Below are positions 17,925-25,462 of a DNA stretch of 33,333 nucleotides, piece after piece. The notes under the pieces were generated by a model. The model saw only the letters and a program-made list of their open reading frames with translations, had not been told where the DNA came from and did not search any database. The translations under genes were made by a program, and so were the position numbers. Origin of the DNA: a virus (Duplodnaviria; Caudoviricetes); the IMG/VR virus record IMGVR_UViG_3300048854_000042, positions 1 through 33,333 of that record. One strand, 5' to 3'. Within the stretch, counting starts at the first letter, position 1. Each line of letters begins with the position of its first letter.

Positions 17925-18299
17925 CTAGTGGAGTGTTTTGAGTGGGCTTTCCGGCCCGTAGTGCTTCGGGAGCCGGTAGACGTCAGCGAGTGCCGAGAGG
18001 GCTTCGCGCTGCGCTGTCGTGAAGGAGCCGTAGGGCTCCAAGTGATCGTTGAGTCCGCCGATGAGGCAGACCTGATACGAGTGGGAGTTGGCGTTGCGGG
18101 AGAGCGCGCCGGGTTCGTCCAGGGGACGGCCGGGTTCGACAGTGCCGTCTCGTCGGATGACGAAGTGAACGGCGATCTTCGAATAGCCCGTGCGGCGGTG
18201 AGCGGAGGCCAGTTCGTCCGCGCCGATGTCCTGAGAGTCAGGCGTCATCGAGCACGTGACATAGAGCTGGTCGACCGATGTGAGCTTCTTCAGTCGCAA
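17925..18299 (-). CDS. T7 gp3.5-like amidase homologue with degenerate active site
   Basis: HFVIRRDGTVEPGRP, VCLIGG, FTTAQ match T7 lysozyme. Start is TTG 18299 or CTG 18293. Confidence 0.85.
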   Translation of the reverse strand: MRLKKLTSVDQLYVTCSMTPDSQDIGADELASAHRRTGYSKIAVHFVIRRDGTVEPGRPLDEPGALSRNANSHSYQVCLIGGLNDHLEPYGSFTTAQREALSALADVYRLPKHYGPESPLKTLH

Positions 18300-18727
18300 C
18301 GGTAGATATGCACGTTGCTGTGTGCGGCTTCGCCTTTTGCGGCGAATCGTTTGGAGGAGGTGAGGAGGACGATCTGATCGTCGTCGTACCACCAGCCGGA
18401 CACCTTAGTCACAACATCGAGCACGGCCTTGGCGGTGTTGTCGACGTCGTAGCGCGGGTATGTCAGCTTGGAGGTTCGAGCTTTCGTGGAGACGGACTCG
18501 ACGATGACGAACAGCGGAGTCTTCTCGTGGAACGTGAGGGTGCCTGAGCCGATGAGTTTCTTGGCTTTCGCCATCCACTCGGAGTAGGTCTTCAGGTAGA
18601 ACGTGCCCCAACGTGTGACGCGGGGACGCGAAGCGGGAACCGGTTCGAGGGGGAAGTGGATGGACGCCACACGAGTGGCGCCCTCCATGGTCGCGATTAG
18701 GCCCGAGAGGATCGGATCAGAAGTCAC
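18290..18727 (-). CDS. rusA: RusA-family Holliday junction resolvase
   Basis: PVPASRPRV, DVDNTAKAVLD, DDDQIV. Start is GTG 18727 or ATG 18688. Confidence 0.85.
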   Translation of the reverse strand: MTSDPILSGLIATMEGATRVASIHFPLEPVPASRPRVTRWGTFYLKTYSEWMAKAKKLIGSGTLTFHEKTPLFVIVESVSTKARTSKLTYPRYDVDNTAKAVLDVVTKVSGWWYDDDQIVLLTSSKRFAAKGEAAHSNVHIYRCD

Positions 18728-19424
18728 TACCGCCAGCGTCGGCCGGGGTCTCGTCGGCCTCGTCGTTGGACGAAGCGCTCGACGGTGCCGCGTTGAGGTC
18801 GGCATCCTCGGCTTCATAGCCGTCTTCTTCCTCGCCCATGCCCAGCGAGTCGGCGCTGTAGCCGCCACGCGCCACCAGTGCCAGCAGCTTCACGGCCAGC
18901 ATTCGGTTGGACAGGTAGAACGTCTTCGCCGATGCGACAGGGCCACCGATGGTTTCGAAGCTCACACGGAGCGTTGAGCCACCGTAGATGTCGGGCGGGT
19001 TCTTCATCTCCTTGCCCTTGGCGTCGAAGATCGTGGGCTTCTGCGACCACTTCTTGCCGGTCTTGGTGACGCCGCTGGCCTTCATCTTGAAGTTGATGAG
19101 GATGCGGCCGGTCTCGTCGCCGTCCTTGTCCAGCTCCTCGGCGAACACGGGAGCGACGTCCCACTTCTCCAGGTCCTTGGCCTTGGCCTTGCGCTTCTCA
19201 GCCGGAGTCTTCTCCAGCTCCTCGGCCTTGAAGGCTTCGAACAGCTCGTCGCGACGCTTCTCCATCTCGGAGACCATTGCCGACACGACGTCTTCGTTCG
19301 GGTCGAGCGAGAGCTTGACGCTGTACTCGCCCTCCGCCTTGTACTTCGTGTCCGGCACGGTGAGAGCCGGGAACACGCCAGTGCCACGCGGGGTCAGGAG
19401 TACGGGGTATTTCTTAAATGCCAT
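18717..19424 (-). CDS. Single-stranded DNA-binding protein (T7 gp2.5-like)
   Basis: TPRG, PDTKY..GEYSV, FKMKAS, IYGGS; acidic tail ending in DF. Confidence 0.93.
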   Translation of the reverse strand: MAFKKYPVLLTPRGTGVFPALTVPDTKYKAEGEYSVKLSLDPNEDVVSAMVSEMEKRRDELFEAFKAEELEKTPAEKRKAKAKDLEKWDVAPVFAEELDKDGDETGRILINFKMKASGVTKTGKKWSQKPTIFDAKGKEMKNPPDIYGGSTLRVSFETIGGPVASAKTFYLSNRMLAVKLLALVARGGYSADSLGMGEEEDGYEAEDADLNAAPSSASSNDEADETPADAGGSDF

Positions 19425-19578
19425 TCGTTTCTTCGTCTTCGTTGAGGGGGATGTTTGCTGCGTGCAGGACGCCGAGGTCGATTCCGGCGTAGAGACAGCG
19501 GAGGCGGGTGCTGCGTGACAGCGAGCCGGTGTCATCCAGCTCGCGGTACGCGTCCCTGATGAGGTCGTTCGGGTTCAC
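19414..19578 (-). CDS. Hypothetical protein (54 aa)
   Basis: GTGA overlap start; (M)NPNDLIRDAYRELDD... Confidence 0.6.
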   Translation of the reverse strand: MNPNDLIRDAYRELDDTGSLSRSTRLRCLYAGIDLGVLHAANIPLNEDEETNGI

Positions 19579-19853
19579 AGGAACTTCTTCTCGATCTCGC
19601 CGCGTGCGTAGTCGCGGACGACGTTGAAGGTGTCCTCGTTCTGGAAGCTGACGTCGCGGTCCATGCGCCACACGGTGTGCAGCGCCTGGGAGCGGTCGAT
19701 GCCGAGCGCATCAGTAACGAGATAGAAGGCGGTGGTCAGTGCGATGACCTGATTCGCCGGAGGGAGGTCTTGCAGGGAGTGGATGACACGGAATGCGCCA
19801 TCGGCGGCTTCCACAGGTTCGCGGAAGCCGACTTGGGTGCTGACGTCAGGCAC
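19575..19853 (-). CDS. Hypothetical protein
   Basis: 92 aa, typical codon usage, overlaps both neighbours. Confidence 0.75.
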   Translation of the reverse strand: MPDVSTQVGFREPVEAADGAFRVIHSLQDLPPANQVIALTTAFYLVTDALGIDRSQALHTVWRMDRDVSFQNEDTFNVVRDYARGEIEKKFL

Positions 19854-19995
19854 TCGCGCGGCGGTGCTTCAGGTCGAGGCGGATGTACGTCTGGATGCGG
19901 ATTGCTTCCAGCAGGTTGTCGGTCTTGCGGGCACGATCTGCGAGGCGCTGATGGTGCTTGCCATAGAACGGGGCGACGGTGCGCTTCTTAGCCAT
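19846..19995 (-). CDS. Small basic protein (49 aa)
   Basis: MAKKRTVAPFYGKHHQRLADRARK...; GGAG RBS. Confidence 0.6.
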   Translation of the reverse strand: MAKKRTVAPFYGKHHQRLADRARKTDNLLEAIRIQTYIRLDLKHRRASA

Positions 19996-19998
19996 GTG

Positions 19999-20163
19999 TC
20001 AGCTCCGGAGCGCGACGACGATGGCAAGAAACAGGATCACCAGCGTGATCGCGACGCCAATGAAGCTCGGCAAAAGCACGAGCCACCAGCTCCAGGCGAT
20101 GACATTGCAGAGCTTGAGGACAGTGAAGATGAGGGTCAGGAGCGACCAGATGCCAAGGTTCAT
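19999..20163 (-). CDS. Small two-helix membrane protein (54 aa)
   Basis: MNLGIWSLLTLIFTVLKLCNVIAWSWWLVLLP...; GGAGG RBS. Confidence 0.75.
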   Translation of the reverse strand: MNLGIWSLLTLIFTVLKLCNVIAWSWWLVLLPSFIGVAITLVILFLAIVVALRS

Positions 20164-20166
20164 GGA

Positions 20167-20310
20167 TCAGCCCTCCGTCACGAGCGACGAGCTGGACGCG
20201 CGGAAGTCCGCAAGCGTGCCGTGGGTCGCCGGGTCGTAGATCGCGAGGACCACGCCGTACTGGTCGACGGCGGTGTGGGTCTTCAGTCTGCTGTTGTACT
20301 GGATGGACAT
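20167..20310 (-). CDS. Small hypothetical protein (47 aa)
   Basis: MSIQYNSRLKTHTAVDQYG...; GAGGA RBS. Confidence 0.65.
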   Translation of the reverse strand: MSIQYNSRLKTHTAVDQYGVVLAIYDPATHGTLADFRASSSSLVTEG

Positions 20311-20345
20311 TTGCGTTTCCTCAAGAGTTACGAGTAGGTAATCGT

Positions 20346-22775
20346 TTAGGCAAAGAAATAAGCGGACTGCTCCACGAGGGAGAGGTCCAAGTCACCGCAG
20401 AGCGGAAGTTCGGGGAGCTTCTCGGCCAGCTCGGGGGTGAGCTGGGCAGCGAGTTCATCACGGAAGTCCGTCAGGACCTCGCGGGTGTACTGTTCAACGA
20501 AGGCCGCTCTCAGCGAGGCGGCGAGGACGTCGGTGTTGGCCGCGTGGGTTCCATACGAGTCATGGATCATCGCGAAGTCGGTGATGTCATTGTCGAGCGC
20601 GGTGCAGACGGTTAGCTTCAGGTGGGCTGCGTCACAGGAGTGGACGAAGTTCGGCGAGATGCCGAGGGCCTGTCTGCGGCCGTCGAGTTTTGTTCCATCG
20701 AAGTTCCGACTTATATTCACCACCCGCCCCGAAACGTGGGTCTTGATGATCTCCGCAGTCGGCTGGCGGTACTCCTGAAGCACGGGGAACCCGGCCGGAG
20801 TGGTCCAGCTCACGGGCATGTCGCCCTTGGCGGCAACCTTGGCGGCGTCCTTCAGCCAGTCCATCGCTTCACGGGCCGCCACGACTACCTGACCGATGGC
20901 TTCCCACAGGATGTCCGCGAGATATCCAGCGCGCTCGCGGGAGTCGTCGAGGCCGAGCTTCTTGCACTTGTCGACGATCTGGTTGCGCATTCCTGACTTC
21001 GTTACGCCGTACGGCAACGTCATAACCGGCTGCTTCACGAGGTCTCTGGACAGCGTGCCGTCCCACGTGATCGCGAAGGGGTTGCCTGCCTCGGCCTCCG
21101 CCTTGATGCGGGCCGCCGCGACGTGCATCACCTTCGTATAAATGTCGGCCGGGCGAACCTGAGGCATCAGATTGGTCGCCTCGCCGCCCACGGTGTCTCT
21201 CAGCATGGCCGAGAAGTTCTGGAGGCCGTTGCAGGAGCCGTCCAGGGCAATAGGGAGGTGGGACACGAAGTCCTCGCCACTCAGCTTGTAGCCAGCCCAC
21301 TCGAAGCACGCCGCCAGGGCGCAGTACGGGGAGTCGGCCTCCGTCCAGAAGCGCTGCCCGTCCAGCGGGTCGAGCGCTGAGTCGAGGATTCGTGACTCAT
21401 TACTATGTACCCACGCGATTCGCTCCTCGAACGGCACCTTATCGACGCCGAACAGATTGGCGATGTGAATGGCAAGCCATCGGGCGCCCGAGGGGCCAAG
21501 CGGTTTGCCCTCAGCAAAATGGAGAAGCGCCTTGGCCTGATCGTCGCCTTGAGGGTTCAGGGTGCCGGGGACCGGATAGACCCGCCCTCTGAAGTCGAAG
21601 GAGTGCGGGAAGTAGATGGCCTCCTCGGGGGCGAACCGGGCAGCAAGGGCGATCTTCTGTGCCGCCGCGACCCGTTGGGATGCCGAGCGGGCGTTCTTCT
21701 CGTAGATTTCTGCGCGACTGCGCTTCCACGCCTTGAACGCGTCGGGCTGGTCGACCTTGAAGACCTCCATGTCGTCCGAGGGGAGCGGCGGAATTCCCAG
21801 CAGCTCGCGGTGGGGCAGGTCGCCAATGCCGCCGCCTGCGTCCCAAGCGTCACGCATGACAGCCAGGACGGCCGAGTTCACACGCCACGGGGTCGCCTGG
21901 ATGGCGTTGATGGCCTCGTAGACCTTAGGCATGTCGGCGTTGTCCAGCTCGCGCAGGTACGCCTTGTTCCGGGTGCGGACCAGCGGCACTAGGCCGCCCG
22001 CGTCCGTCAGGTAGCCACCTCCCTTCGAGGAGTTCCAGGGCCTCGGGGGCACCAGCATGGGCATCCGGACGGGCGAGAAGTGCGCGGCGGCATCGTGGGC
22101 CTTGTCGAGCCAGTCGAGGACGGCCTCGGTTCCCCGAAGGAGGGTGCGGCGGCGGTCCTGCCCGTGGCTCGTGTCCAGATAGAGCTGGGCCAGCCCGGTG
22201 GTCTCGATGAAGACCTCGATCATCTTCATGCCGAAGTGGATGCCGTCGTTGCCGGGGAACGCGAAGTGCTTGGCCTCCTCCATGGTGCGGCGGACGGCGG
22301 CCTCCATCACGTTGCGGCTGTGGCGCTTGGACGTCGCCTTCTTCAGGACGTTTTGCAGGTGCTTGTGGAGTCCCGGTGCTTCCTGCTGGAAGCGGGAGTA
22401 GTTGACGGAATCCTCGACGGCCGTTGCGATGGCCTCCGCCGCCGTCTGCACGCGCGTCTCTCCGTTGGAGATCGCGTTCATGCATGTGCGGCACGTCAGG
22501 TAAGCCAGCTCGGCGGCCGGGAAGTCCTCGGCCCAACGAACGGCGGTGTGCTTCTTGCCGGGCTTCCCGTTGCGGGCCTCGGCTACGAACTGGTCGATGC
22601 CGTCTGCAACGACAGTGATGGCGTCACGGATAAGGCGCTTGCCGGGGCCGGTGTCGGCCTCATCGTTGCGCTCCTTACCCTTCTTATAGCGGTCGATGCC
22701 GAGGGTGAGGGATTCCTCCTCCAAGGCGATCTGGCGGGCTCTCAGGTCTTGCTCGGTGTTCTGCACGATATTCAT
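20346..22775 (-). CDS. Single-subunit DNA-directed RNA polymerase (T7 gp1-like)
   Basis: DFRGRVYP, LDGSCNGLQNF, RDLVKQPVMTLPYG, PNFVHSCDAAHL, IHDSYGTH, C-terminal YFFA. ATG 22775 with GGAG RBS. Confidence 0.98.
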   Translation of the reverse strand: MNIVQNTEQDLRARQIALEEESLTLGIDRYKKGKERNDEADTGPGKRLIRDAITVVADGIDQFVAEARNGKPGKKHTAVRWAEDFPAAELAYLTCRTCMNAISNGETRVQTAAEAIATAVEDSVNYSRFQQEAPGLHKHLQNVLKKATSKRHSRNVMEAAVRRTMEEAKHFAFPGNDGIHFGMKMIEVFIETTGLAQLYLDTSHGQDRRRTLLRGTEAVLDWLDKAHDAAAHFSPVRMPMLVPPRPWNSSKGGGYLTDAGGLVPLVRTRNKAYLRELDNADMPKVYEAINAIQATPWRVNSAVLAVMRDAWDAGGGIGDLPHRELLGIPPLPSDDMEVFKVDQPDAFKAWKRSRAEIYEKNARSASQRVAAAQKIALAARFAPEEAIYFPHSFDFRGRVYPVPGTLNPQGDDQAKALLHFAEGKPLGPSGARWLAIHIANLFGVDKVPFEERIAWVHSNESRILDSALDPLDGQRFWTEADSPYCALAACFEWAGYKLSGEDFVSHLPIALDGSCNGLQNFSAMLRDTVGGEATNLMPQVRPADIYTKVMHVAAARIKAEAEAGNPFAITWDGTLSRDLVKQPVMTLPYGVTKSGMRNQIVDKCKKLGLDDSRERAGYLADILWEAIGQVVVAAREAMDWLKDAAKVAAKGDMPVSWTTPAGFPVLQEYRQPTAEIIKTHVSGRVVNISRNFDGTKLDGRRQALGISPNFVHSCDAAHLKLTVCTALDNDITDFAMIHDSYGTHAANTDVLAASLRAAFVEQYTREVLTDFRDELAAQLTPELAEKLPELPLCGDLDLSLVEQSAYFFA
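20694..20720 (-). promoter_or_regulatory. Putative phage RNAP promoter inside the RNAP gene, copy C
   Basis: GTGA-ATATAAGTCGGAACTTC-GATGGA; 17/18 identical to copy A over the upstream part and 24/29 to copy B. Confidence 0.6.
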
Positions 22776-22790
22776 GCGGGGCTCCAGAAA

Positions 22791-22818
22791 TGAGAAAGGC
22801 CCCTCGTGGGGGCCTTTG
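22791..22818 (-). terminator. Terminator-like hairpin immediately before the RNAP RBS
   Basis: AAAGGCCCC-CACGA-GGGGCCTTT followed by CTCATTT. Confidence 0.55.
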
Positions 22819-22946
22819 GGTCGATGAGTTGTCCGGTCGCTGGGCAAGCGCCCACGCGAAAACGCCCCGGCACCACGAGGGCACCAAGGCGTCTTTAGGG
22901 ATTCGTAAGGGAGCCTTTAGGGAACCCTAAGGGGAGGTCACTACGT

Positions 22947-22973
22947 TCCCTCTTAGTCCCGACTTTTATTCAC
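22947..22973 (-). promoter_or_regulatory. Putative phage RNAP promoter upstream of the RNAP gene, copy B
   Basis: GTGA-ATAAAAGTCGGGACTAA-GAGGGA. Confidence 0.7.
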
Positions 22974-22993
22974 TCGCTGCGTGCTGGCGGCGC

Positions 22994-23051
22994 CCAGCGG
23001 CACCTTCTTCTAGGTGCCACCGGCACCCCGCCGTAACCGCCAGCGGCACCT
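22994..23051. repeat. Putative integrase arm-type sites
   Basis: CCAGCGGCACCT twice (22994-23005, 23040-23051) plus AGGTGCCAC at 23012-23020. An inverted GAGGTGCCGC lies on the other side of the core at 23245-23254. Confidence 0.55.
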
Positions 23052-23090
23052 ACGTGCATTTTGTTGTTGGGGCGCATACGATTCAGTTCT

Positions 23091-23144
23091 ATTTAGGTTC
23101 TGGCACCGCAAGGTGTGTGGGTTCGAGTCCCACCTTTCGCACCA
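23091..23144 (+). other. attP core: 3' half of tRNA-Leu(TAG)
   Basis: ATTTAGGTTCTGGCACCGCAAGGTGTGTGGGTTCGAGTCCCACCTTTCGCACCA: anticodon loop TAG, long variable arm, T-loop and CCA, but no 5' half. Adjacent to the integrase 3' end. Confidence 0.92.
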
Positions 23145-23159
23145 CCCCCAAGTGAATTG

Positions 23160-23172
23160 AATCATGCACTTA
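23160..23172 (+). promoter_or_regulatory. IHF-like binding site in attP
   Basis: AATCATGCACTTA, one mismatch to WATCARNNNNTTR. Confidence 0.5.
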
Positions 23173-23228
23173 GGGGTTACGATGTCGTAAGAGTTACATC
23201 TAACGTAACAATCTCTGTCCCGTAACGC

Positions 23229-24419
23229 TCACCCCCTCGCAAGCGAGGTGCCGCGAAGGGCAGTGAGTGCCGCAGCGCCGTCGACCATGCTGTCTGTCTC
23301 GACGTGAGCGTAGGTGTCGGCGGTCGTCTTGATCGTCGTGTGGCCCAGCCACTCCTTCACCAGATTGATGTTGCCCGTGGCCTTCAGCAGGCGCGTCGCG
23401 CACGTGTGCCGGAGCGCGTGGATCACGCAGTCGTGGTCGACGATGCCAGCGAGCTTCTTGGCAGCGTTCCAGACGTGCTCGGCGCGGTCCTTCCCGAGGT
23501 CTTGGAAGGGACCGATCGGACGTGTGCCCTCCGCCTTGATCGCGAGCAGGATGGCCGTCGCTTCCGCCGTAAGGGGTACGGAGCGAGCCTTGTTGTTCTT
23601 GATCTCCTTCATGCGGTACAGGCGGATGACCCCGGCGTCGTGCTCGATGCCCTGGACATCGGACCAGCGCAGCCGGAGAGCCTCGCCAAGGCGCACGCCT
23701 GTCTCCACGAGGATCTTGAACAGCCTCAGGTAGAGGTGCGCGTCACGGCGGCGCGGAGAGCCTCCCTTGGAGCCCGGCATCACAGAGTCCAGCTCGGCGA
23801 CCGCCTTGAACATCGCGGCCTCCTGCGTGTGCGTGAAGGAGAACTTGCGGGCGCCCAGCTCGGGGAGATACTTGATCTTCGGGATCGTCTTCGGGCCGTC
23901 CGGCAGCTCGCTCATGGCGCTGAACATTCGGCCGAGGCAGGCGAGGCGGCGATTGATAGTGCCAGGCGCGCTGGGTGGCTTGGAGTCGAGCTGAGCGGTG
24001 ATGTACGCCTGGACGTCGGAGAAAGTGATCGAGGCGATCACGCGGTCCTCGCCGAAGTGCTTCATTACGTGCTTGCAGTTCGTCTGGTACGTCGCCTGGG
24101 CGCGGATGCTGCGCCACACGTGCGGGTCAGCGAAGCAGCGAGCGAATGCGGTCTTGAGAGTCAGGCCCCCGCTAGCGCGCAGCGCAGCGATGGAGCGTAC
24201 GTGGCCCTCGCCGCGAACCAGTGCGACCAGCTCGGCCTGCGTCAGGTCGCGGTTGGCGTCGAGCGCGTCGATCACCAAGCGCTCTTTCGCTTCCGCGCGT
24301 ACGCGATCACGCGTGCCCGAGGACACGACGACGCGGCGGTCATTAACCTGCACGCGGATCATGTAGTAGCGCTTGTCCGGCTGGCCGGGCTTTACGGTTC
24401 CCTTGAGGGCGAGGGGCAT
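23229..24419 (-). CDS. int: Tyrosine integrase
   Basis: TGVRLGE (R), IKNNKAR (K), HALRHT (HxxR), LGH, TYAH (Y). ATG 24419 with GGGAG RBS. Confidence 0.96.
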   Translation of the reverse strand: MPLALKGTVKPGQPDKRYYMIRVQVNDRRVVVSSGTRDRVRAEAKERLVIDALDANRDLTQAELVALVRGEGHVRSIAALRASGGLTLKTAFARCFADPHVWRSIRAQATYQTNCKHVMKHFGEDRVIASITFSDVQAYITAQLDSKPPSAPGTINRRLACLGRMFSAMSELPDGPKTIPKIKYLPELGARKFSFTHTQEAAMFKAVAELDSVMPGSKGGSPRRRDAHLYLRLFKILVETGVRLGEALRLRWSDVQGIEHDAGVIRLYRMKEIKNNKARSVPLTAEATAILLAIKAEGTRPIGPFQDLGKDRAEHVWNAAKKLAGIVDHDCVIHALRHTCATRLLKATGNINLVKEWLGHTTIKTTADTYAHVETDSMVDGAAALTALRGTSLARG

Positions 24420-24431
24420 TTCGAACTCCCA

Positions 24432-24458
24432 ATAAAAAACCCGCCACGAGGGCGGGTT
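24432..24458 (-). terminator. Intrinsic terminator between regulator and integrase
   Basis: AACCCGCC-CTCGT-GGCGGGTTTTTTAT. Confidence 0.85.
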
Positions 24459-24484
24459 CAATGCGTTGCGGATGTGGATAGGGG

Positions 24485-24868
24485 TTAGCGGCTGTACCGC
24501 TCCAGAAGACCATTCACGAAGTCAGCGAACTCTTTGGAGAACTCGACGCCTTCGTGTGTCAGGTTGATCTGGTTGTTCACGCGACTCGTGTCTGCGCGAT
24601 CACGCTGGAGGAGACGGGGAATGCTCTCACCAGCTTTGGTCTTCGTATTGCCATCGAGCAGGTCGATCTGTCGCGAGATGGCAGCGGCGGTGACGCCGCC
24701 CACTTCTTTCACGAGATCAAACTGAAGCTCGCCTGGGTTTTTCATCGCGGCGAACAGAGTTGTCGTGGCCGCGAGACTGAGCTGTCCGCCGCCACCAGTC
24801 GATGTCCTGACCTTCTGAAGCAAATCGAACATAAGCTTCGATGCTTCGGTCGGGGAGAGGTGCTTCAT
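24485..24868 (-). CDS. MarR-like winged-HTH regulator (probable repressor)
   Basis: NPG..QFDLVKEVG.VTAAAISRQIDLL...LLQR......R....NLTHEG pattern; next to the integrase; AGGA RBS. Confidence 0.8.
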   Translation of the reverse strand: MKHLSPTEASKLMFDLLQKVRTSTGGGGQLSLAATTTLFAAMKNPGELQFDLVKEVGGVTAAAISRQIDLLDGNTKTKAGESIPRLLQRDRADTSRVNNQINLTHEGVEFSKEFADFVNGLLERYSR

Positions 24869-25028
24869 GTGGAGTCCTGATCGGGTGAACGCCCCGAGAA
24901 AGGTAAAGCCTTACGACACCGAAAGCAATGACGGTCGTCAACGCTTCCGACTTCTCAACGTAGAAGCCACGTTCCGCTCTCCTGCGGATGATCTCCAGTT
25001 CGATGCGAGGGACTGCAAACATCTTCAT
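24717..25028 (-). CDS. Possible small gene upstream of and overlapping the regulator
   Basis: AGGA RBS before MKMFAVPRIELEII..., but the 3' 152 nt overlap the MarR-like gene. Confidence 0.35.
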   Translation of the reverse strand: MKMFAVPRIELEIIRRRAERGFYVEKSEALTTVIAFGVVRLYLSRGVHPIRTPHEAPLPDRSIEAYVRFASEGQDIDWWRRTAQSRGHDNSVRRDEKPRRASV

Positions 25029-25102
25029 TTCCTGGGTTTGTCGTTCTTGTTAGTCGTAAAAGTCTGCGTCCCTTTCACGAAACCTTCAATATGCGCAGCG
25101 CG

Positions 25103-25231
25103 TCACATTTCGACGTCTTTCAAGGCTCCCACGTGACGAATTACGGCACTCATCGCTTCGTCGGCGGACAAGCCACCCAGCGAATCCATGAGGGTGTTCA
25201 ACGCTTCCCACAGGGATGCGGGGTAGACCAC
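25103..25231 (-). CDS. Small hypothetical protein (42 aa)
   Basis: GTG directly after the upstream TAA, GGAGG upstream; (M)VYPASLWEALNTLMDSLGG... Confidence 0.5.
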   Translation of the reverse strand: MVYPASLWEALNTLMDSLGGLSADEAMSAVIRHVGALKDVEM

Positions 25232-25405
25232 TTAGGGCCTCCCGCTGCGGATCAGCATGACAAGCGCGGCGATCCACACGACCACCTGGGGGACGAACCA
25301 CCCCTTATGACCTGTGATGCACGCGAGGAAGCCGCAAGTCCCTGCGAAGGACAGCAGGACGAAGATGACCGCAAGGTTTCCCCAGCGGAATGTGGTTTTG
25401 GACAT
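25232..25405 (-). CDS. Small two-helix membrane protein (57 aa)
   Basis: MSKTTFRWGNLAVIFVLLSFAG...VVVWIAALVMLIRSGRP; AGGGGG RBS. Confidence 0.65.
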   Translation of the reverse strand: MSKTTFRWGNLAVIFVLLSFAGTCGFLACITGHKGWFVPQVVVWIAALVMLIRSGRP

Positions 25406-25462
25406 CGGGAATTCCCCCTGTAAGGAACCCAGCGAGCGAAGCTGTCTCGCTGGGTCGTGAGA

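Noticed and set aside
23091-23144. Functional tRNA-Leu gene
   Set aside because: Only the anticodon loop to CCA is present. The upstream sequence cannot form the acceptor stem or D-arm, so it is an att core.
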